Assembly: GCA_951406725.2 (NCBI GenBank)
Contig: OX597825.1
Location: 29,698,001 to 29,762,000, forward strand
Length of the DNA stretch: 64,000 nt
Reading direction: 5' to 3'
DNA from: Octopus vulgaris
Taxonomy: Eukaryota
Position numbers and translations under genes: made by a program. Below, one piece after another: positions 55,966 through 64,000 of the stretch (positions are counted from its first letter, which is position 1; every line of letters begins with the position of its first letter). The notes under the pieces were generated by a model. The model did not search any database. It saw only the letters and a list, made by a program, of their open reading frames with translations, and had not been told where the DNA came from.

Positions 55966-56904
55966 ACACCTTATTGGCCCTTAGACAATTTTTTAGATCC
56001 GCAGACATTTGATAACTGGTAGAAGGAAGATGTTTTACTTTGAAAAAACTGTAAGGGTTTGGTGACACGAAAACCATCCATCCATCCATCCATCCATCCA
56101 TTCAGAATCTGTTTCAGTATAGTTTCATCCAGTCCACACCTGCATAGGAGATTTTAAAAAATGGATGTAAAAATGATAATGATGATGATGATGATGATGC
56201 TATCATGTGTTTGGAAATAACAGAAACAACATTTGTGCAGTTAAATTTTTTCAGGGCCTGTCATATTCATCTCTCCTTTCCTGTTTTTTTTTTAACTATT
56301 TTTTTTTTTTTGGTCTTATTCAAGTGTTGCATTTCAGAAAATATGATCCTGAAAAACAAAAACAAAAAAAATAGAATAAAAAGTAAAATAAAAATAAAAA
56401 AACTCACACAGAAGCACTTTAATAATCCAAAAATATAGATAAACACTGCTGGCTCCCTTCGTTTCTGAGCATTAGGTTGTAAAGGTTAACATCCAACCTC
56501 AAGAAAGAGGGGAGGAAAAAAAATAAGAAGAAAAAAGAAAAAGACGTGTAAAATAAGAAAGAAAAAGGAAAAAGCCAATTTATCTAGAACATTAAATAAA
56601 ATATCTAGGCAGAAAATACTTTGAAATATGATGTTTTAGCAAAATTATCTAGCATATAAGAAAATAAAGTGGTACCCATTCATGGTGAAAATGATGATGA
56701 TGATGACGATGATGATAATGATGATGATGATGACGACGACGACGACGATGATTATGACGACGATGATGACGATGGTGGTGGTGGTGGCGATGTTGGTGGC
56801 GACAATAATGATGGTCATCGTGATGATGATGATGATTGTGGTGATGGTGGTCTTCTTTGTATTGACCTTTGCCAGGTACCAAACACAATGGAATGTTATG
56901 ACGA

Positions 56905-57042
56905 GCTAGCTTGCTTACCAACCACATGATTCCAGGTTCAGTCCCATTGCGTAGCATCTTGGGCAAGTGTCTTCTACTATAGCCTCGGGCCGTCCAAAGC
57001 CTTTTGAGTGAATCTGGTAGAAGGAAACTGAAAGAAGCCCTC

Positions 57043-57083
<41 letters not shown>

Positions 57084-57345
57084 TATATATATATATTTAT
57101 ATATATATATATGTATGTATGTGTGTGTATATATGTTTGTGTGTCTGTGTTTGTCCCCCCCAACATCACTTGACAACCAATGCTGGTGTGTTTACGTCCT
57201 CATAACTTAGCGGTTTGGCAAAAGGGACCGATAAAATAAGTACTAGGCTTACAAAGAATAAGTCCTGGGGTCGATTTGCTCGACTAAAGGCAGTGCTCCA
57301 GCATGGCCACAGTCAAATGACTGAAACAAGAAAAAATAAAATAAA
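56905..57345 (+). mobile_element. SINE family B (tRNA-like head, internal TA/TG microsatellite, A-rich tail)
   Basis: agcttgcttaccaaccacatgattccaggttcagtcccattgcg...gggcaagtgtcttctactatagcc...(TA)n...gcatggccacagtcaaatgactgaaacaagaaaaaataaa; several copies occur in the window. Confidence 0.85.
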
Positions 57346-57998
57346 AGTAAAAGAAACTGCTTAATGGTCTTCCTCTTCTTTCTCCTCCTCTTCGTCGCTG
57401 CAGTGCCACATTACTTGTAATAACTAATATTACCAAAGTTAATAGCCTGTAGTCATTTTGTAATTTATCACAGATTTATAAATATTAGTCAACCATCTTA
57501 ATAGACTGTTTGTCTCCAACATACATGTCGTAAACTATTAAACAACTCTCAAAACCCCAAAACTACCTTTTAAATCTGAAAGCAATTTACTCAATATGGT
57601 AAATTATTATATTTCTGAATGCATAATAGAAATGCGATAATGATTTCTTAACGAAGGTTTCATGTGGTTTAAGCTGTTAATATTTTGAAACATTAATTTT
57701 AAAATTTATTAAAAAAAAAAATTTTAGTATTATGTAAATTTTTATCTCTTTTGGCTCAGAAGAGAACAAATAAAAAAACAAAATAAATTACGTTTTTATA
57801 ACTGTAACAAACATGTTTATGCTTTAATTTCCATCCATCAGAAATTTTAATGATAAAGAATGTATTTTTTATTTTACCGCATGTATACTTACATACAAAC
57901 ATATATACCTGTACACGTCCACACACTTATATATAAAGAGACAGATAAAAATATATACATACAAACATATATGCATATATATATATAAACATATATAT

Positions 57999-58038
<40 letters not shown>

Positions 58039-58390
58039 ATGTATATGTATGTATATATATATGTGTATGTATATATATATATATATATGATGTTTGTATG
58101 TGTCTGTTACATACTTTTTATGATACAAAATGGAAATGTTAGTTTGTTTTAGTTTTATATCTAAATGTTTCGAAAATAGATTTATTTTTCTCATTAGACA
58201 ATTAGGATCTTTGAAAATATTTGCAGTCGTAATTGGAATTACATATTAACTGGTTTCTGGGTAAGATCATTTCCATGTTTTGGTAATTTCCTTTCTCAAT
58301 TAATTCACAATTTCAACAATTGGTATTTCGCAATTTCATATGCTGGAAATAACTATTTCATATAATGAAATTTCGAACTGTTAATAAAGG

Positions 58391-58392
<2 letters not shown>

Positions 58393-58458
<66 letters not shown>

Positions 58459-58460
58459 TA

Positions 58461-58517
<57 letters not shown>

Positions 58518-58556
58518 GTAATAATAATAATAATAATGAAAATAATAATAGTAGTA

Positions 58557-58614
<58 letters not shown>

Positions 58615-58620
58615 TATTGA
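58393..58620. repeat. (TAA)n microsatellite
   Basis: Direct reading. Similar tracts lie at about 20830-20900, 23600-23690, 30507-30605, 33220-33310, 33520-33680 and 33835-33925. Confidence 0.95.
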
Positions 58621-58996
58621 TGAACAATAAATGATACAAGTATAATGAATAATGAGAAAAAAGCTTCGGGTTACAGATACATTTAAATGATTGCAAAACT
58701 AAATAAACTGGTGTTTGCTATTCATTAAAAAAATGTTTCTCTTTCTAAGAAATAATGGCTTCAGAATTGGTGTGATGTAATTTTGGACTTTGCAAATTCT
58801 AAAATTAACTCGCTGAACTTTAATAATGCAGACAAATTTCTCGTGATTAGCCAGTATTTAAATTCTAGTGGAAAGATATAGAAGGAAAATATGTGTGGTA
58901 TATTTGAAAAAAAGAATAGTTAATTAACTATGAAAAACAACAATAACAGCAACAACAGCAACCATCAACACCTCAACAACAACAACAACAATAATA

Positions 58997-59047
<51 letters not shown>

Positions 59048-59096
59048 GTAATAATAATAATAATAATAATAGTAATAATAATAATGATAATATTAA

Positions 59097-59310
59097 TTCT
59101 TTCTAATTTTGGCATAAAGACATCAATTTCTGGGGAGTAGTTGATTACATCGACCCTGGTGGTCAAAATATTTTCTGTATTTTATCAATCCTGAGAGGAT
59201 TAAAGGCAAAAACAACCTCTGCAGAATTTGAACCCTGAATGTAAGGAGTCACAAGAAATACCACTAAGCATTTTCTCCAATGTGTCAACAATTCTGTCAA
59301 CTTGTTGCCT
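59097..59310 (-). mobile_element. SINE family A, degraded
   Basis: Reverse-complement similarity to 42054-42264. Confidence 0.65.
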
Positions 59311-60147
59311 TATTAGTGTCATCATAGTAGTAATAGTAGTAGTGGTGGTGTTGGTGTTGGTGTTGGTGGTAGTGGTTGTGGTGTTGGTGGTGGTGGTAGC
59401 AGCAGTGGTCTAAGTAGTTGCACCAGCAGCAGCAGCAGCAGCTGCAACATTGATTTATAAGAACAAAACTCTGAATGTTCAATTCAATAAGAATCAGATG
59501 TCATATTAAGGTTAATGTTTTAACAATAAGTAGTTTTTTTAACTCAGGAAGCAATCTTCCACAAAAATTGTCTGACAGATTCACTAGACTTTATCTTTTC
59601 TTTTCTTTTTCGTTTATTGTTTAGTCTGATATCCAAGTAAATCCATTACAAAAAAAAAACAAAAAAAAACAGACTAACAAAAAAGAAAACAATGAACTAA
59701 ACCCCCTTCTAGAAGTCTTATCTTTACCAAATTACTTCAAGTGAGGGTGAGGAAGCATAATTAGTTCTATAGCCCACTGTGTAATTGCAGTGTGACTGAA
59801 GCTATTTGTGAGTGATTTAATGTTATTTAGGGGAGGTCATTCAGGCAGAACTCATTCCTATCGGGAATCAAATCTGTAAGATTTAAATTCGATAGAGCTG
59901 GCCAGTCATAAATTTGTCAAGTATATATACAGTGCACCAATGCACACAATGGTTAAATATACCTATCTTGGTACCTATATATGTGCAGGAGAACTGAGCT
60001 AGTGAGAGTAAACAGGTTTAGTTTTGGTTTCAATGAATAATGACATGTGAATAGTGTTTTTTGTTTTTATCTTTTAACCAGAAGTGAAACTAGTGTCTTT
60101 GATTGTTTACAGGTCGTCTCAGACTGGTGTGAGGCAGAAAAACATAT

Positions 60148-60375
60148 TTAACCCTTTATTATTCAAATTGCTCTGTCAAATCTGATGTTTATTCATTCAC
60201 ATTGTTTTAAATTAATCATGTATTATCTCATAGCTTCAAGGGTTTGATAATGTGTTTGCTTATTTTTATAACGACCTTGTAGGGTAGGTGTGAAAGGCTG
60301 AATCTGGCCAGTTCGAATATAAAACAGCTAGAATATTTGGGTTGGATACAGCCAGTTTAAATGCTGACTGGTTAA
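60148..60375. mobile_element. Probable second piggyBac-type MITE family, degraded
   Basis: ttaaccctttattatt at the left end and aatgctgactggttaa at the right end: TTAA-bounded imperfect TIRs. Confidence 0.5.
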
Positions 60376-63300
60376 ACCAGAGACCTAACCTTAAACTCCA
60401 TAAATAGCACCTAAGGTGCTTGGTGATGGATTACCCCAAATAGTGCATTCACACAAAATGATCTTGCATGCAGAAGATTATAAAGCAATCAAATATACAT
60501 GGTCATGGGTCTATATTAACTGTAGGTATACAATGATATATACTGAGGGCAATATTCTTAATACTTTGCGCTTTAGATTTCCAAACTCTCAGTGAATAGA
60601 TGCCAGATTCTGTGGTTGTGTTAATTGAATTAGACTGGCATTGTAACTGGGTATAAAGTTAACTTTCATTTTCATCTCCTTAACACCAGGAGACTTAAGT
60701 TAAAAACCATCTCTTAAAAGCTACTTTGGGGACTTGGAAAACCTATTAAAATTTTACAATTTTACGTTACTCACAGATTCAGAAGACCTCAAACGCAAAA
60801 GAGCTGCTGGAGAGAATTTGTAGTATTCAGGTTTTTCTCAAGTGGCATTATTAATATACATTATTGTTGCTGTGCTGAATCCATAATGAAACAAAGTATT
60901 TTGCTGGCTCACTCTGTGGTTTTTGGTAGTCCAATCCATTATTGATATAAACACTCTGCATAAATATTACTGGAATATGGGGGTTATGCAATGTTATATG
61001 ATATAAACAGAGTGTAATTTTCTTTTTTGGACTAATAACATCTTCATCCTTTTTCAATTCAATTACGGTATTAAAAAAAGTTACTTGTATGTTATTAGTT
61101 TATTAGTCAGTAATTTTTAGGTTTTCTTTTTTAATGGGTGGGCAAGGGACGCAAATCCCAGAATATTAGGAGTAGGTTAGGAAATTAAAAGCACAATCAT
61201 TTCAAGAAAGATTGAAATTTATTGTTGTTAGGTTTAGTTCATCGTAAAATAAGTTTTAAAAAATTTGTGGCGGGAGGGTGAGGGAAGGCAGTGCTCATCA
61301 TCATTACAGGGCCTCCAGCAAGGATTGGAGGGAAGAGGGAAGTATCCAGGTGTCCTCAAAATGGTAACTTTACCCAAGTGCTTGCAACAGAGTAGGTCTT
61401 ATTAATCTTTAGAATTGTGTAGGTGCATCATGTTTCCACATGAGTTTTTTCCCTGCTCAATGGGACACAATGTACCAACAGCCACAGGAAAAAAAACTGA
61501 TATGGCAACATGATATGCTTAAGCATGCTAAAGGTTAAAAACATGTCCAGTGTCTGACAGTGGTGATAAACTTGGCAGTAGAAGTCTACCATCCAAGGCC
61601 TTGAAAAATATTTTGTGGATAAAGTTTTAATTGCTTTTCACAATGTATTTTGTTCTTAGTAACATCATTTTAGGTTTTGGAATGCAAAGAACTGGCACAA
61701 ATATCCCAAAGCATCTGGTTAGATGTTCTTATAGTTCTGCCAATCCATTGACTTGTATTGGTAGTTTGTCATGAACTCTAAAAGACTGAAATGCAAAGCT
61801 GACCACTACAGGATTTGAATTCAAGATGCTGAGAGTCAGAACAAATATCACAAAACGTCCTCTTTGATGCTTTAACAACTCTACCGATTTGTTGTTGCCA
61901 TTTGATGCGTTTTGTAAATATCATCATGAAAAATCTCCTTGCAACAGTTGAATGAGAAAGCAAGTCAATATATTTGGCTAAATAAGATAAGAAGTGGCTA
62001 TAATATTGAATGAAGACTAGAAGCGTGTTGTGTCCATTAGTTCAAGGCTAGAAACAAGGGTGTGGCCTAACATCAATGTGCTTATAATGCCACCAAAAAG
62101 ACAGTCTTGAAATATGTGTATGTTCTCCTGTTAACTCCATAAATCTTCAAGAGTCCAATATAGATTTCTCGTAGCACTTGTGGCTGTGAGTTGCTTGCAA
62201 ATAATCTTCAAGTCTTATACTTTTAATGAGTGACCTGTTCCAAAATATATTAACGTTTTCTCAATGTTTTCTCTCGCTTCATTAATTTACAGCAACCAAT
62301 TTTCCTTGTCTTATTATTTGCTCTTTTACCCTCAGTTCACTACTTTCATATCAGCACAATTAATTCATGCATGACTTATAGATTTGACACTATAATAGAA
62401 AAGGTCTTAACGAAACTCATGTCTGTAACAGATTCATACCAATTATTATGGATGCCACCACTGTTTCCCCTCATATTAATGAATTACTCAAACCAGCCAA
62501 GATTTTATTGACTTTTGGGCTTTATCTGTGTACTAACCAGTAATCTGTACTTTACTGCTTTCTCTTGTTTAACAACAATGATAATCTTGCCATGCATACA
62601 AAAGTCCATGTACGTATATGTATGTATGAATGCATGTAAATACGTGTTTGAGTGTGTGTGAGTGTGTGTTTGCATACAGCAAAGTGTTTTTATTTCAGTA
62701 AATTAAGAAATCTATGGAAAAAGTTATGGTCTTAAAGGTGTAATTTGTTGCACCATTATTATTATTTCAAACAGATTTTTCTGGCAAAGTATGCCCAGGT
62801 TCAAAGAGCGAAATAATGAGAAATATTTCGTGGATAAGGTTTTAATTGTTTTTCATTATGTACTTTGTATTTAATGACATCGTTCTGGCTCTCAGACGGT
62901 CCTAACGAGAAGAATTGCTTGCCTTTGGTCTGATTCCAAGAAACTTTTATGTCTTTAAATTTCAATAAAACACTTAGGGGCGAAAAGTTACATAGAATAA
63001 CAATGTTCTGAGCAAACAACTATGTCAGTAAATGGAGGAATTTCTTTTGTGGGGTGATAAATTTATGTGAACGTTTCAAATATTTTGTGTTTATTAGCCT
63101 TTTTCTTTTACTTTTTATTCATGTTTGATAAATGTTTTCTGTAATTCACCTTCATAAGACATTAATATGATCACATGTGTATCTTTTTTTCTTGTTGCTC
63201 TTTCATGCATATGATATTTGCTTCATTAAATAACCTCTACATATATTCTACTTATATAGAATATATATAGCAATATTTGGATATTAGTTTAAGTTCTTTA

Positions 63301-64000
63301 GAAACAATAAACGAGTCAAATGAAACATAACAGCCATGGAGTTAAGGTGTTTGTTAAGGATAGCATTGTCATCAGTTTGGATCATATTTCCACAGCCACT
63401 GAGCACTTGATTAGTATTTTTTAGATGTGACTGTATTATTTTCATTGTAGAAGATAGAACTGTGTTGTAATTAAGGACTTTATTTTAAAGACAATAGAAT
63501 GACAGTTGATCATATAATTGTTACATTAAGCAGGCCAAGTTATAACATAAAGGTTCAAGTATCCTTATGTGTCAGTTTAAACACTATAGTTTCATGATTG
63601 TTCTCTTAGCTTTCTAGTGAAAATGTGATTGAGTTTTAAATGAAAGAATCTAAGGCTACTGAATATGTGAATAATTCAATTGCTTGAATTATATATTAAA
63701 TTAAATATTATTACTCCCTTCTTCCAAAAGGTGTGGCAGAAATTGTCAATCTTTCTTCATTCTATTGGATATTACAAGGTAAGTAATGAGTTATTGTAAC
63801 AGAGGAAAAATGCCTAAGTTAATAATACTTCACCAAATGTTCATTCCCTATCTACATTGTTATATCTTTCCTTTCTAATACTAAATTAGCAAAAGTTAAT
63901 TAAAATAGCAATGCTACTTTTATCACACAGATAAGAACTATGTCTGCAGATGAAACTTAAGGAAAAATTTTTAGTTTTATTTTTTGCTAACCAGTCTAAA

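Noticed and set aside
60113-60151. tttacag|GTC GTC as the next Ig exon
   Set aside because: It reads VVSDWCEAEKHI then a stop, has no donor, and runs into a MITE.

Overview
This is AT-rich eukaryotic DNA saturated with microsatellites. Its interspersed repeats resemble, from recall, those of an octopus (coleoid cephalopod) genome; that assignment is an inference. I found one convincing host coding exon, 2218-2339 (+). It encodes the N-terminal half of an Ig domain of the Dpr/zig-8/lachesin type. The remaining ~61 kb appears to be intron filled with repeats: tRNA-derived SINEs, two adjacent decayed mariners, Penelope-like (PLE) fragments, R4/Dong-type and CR1 LINE ends, a non-autonomous Helitron, piggyBac-type MITEs and a ~222-bp satellite. 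Nearly all listed ORFs are microsatellite artefacts. I found no new multi-gene system. The most notable structures are: (i) a 156-bp palindrome of two inverted copies of a minimal type I hammerhead-like motif; (ii) a 134-bp copy of the nearby PLE RT fragment, including its stop codon, inserted inside a mariner; (iii) a fold-back at the 3' end of the second mariner; (iv) a three-copy element carrying a variant hammerhead core. All alignments were done by eye, and repeat boundaries are approximate.
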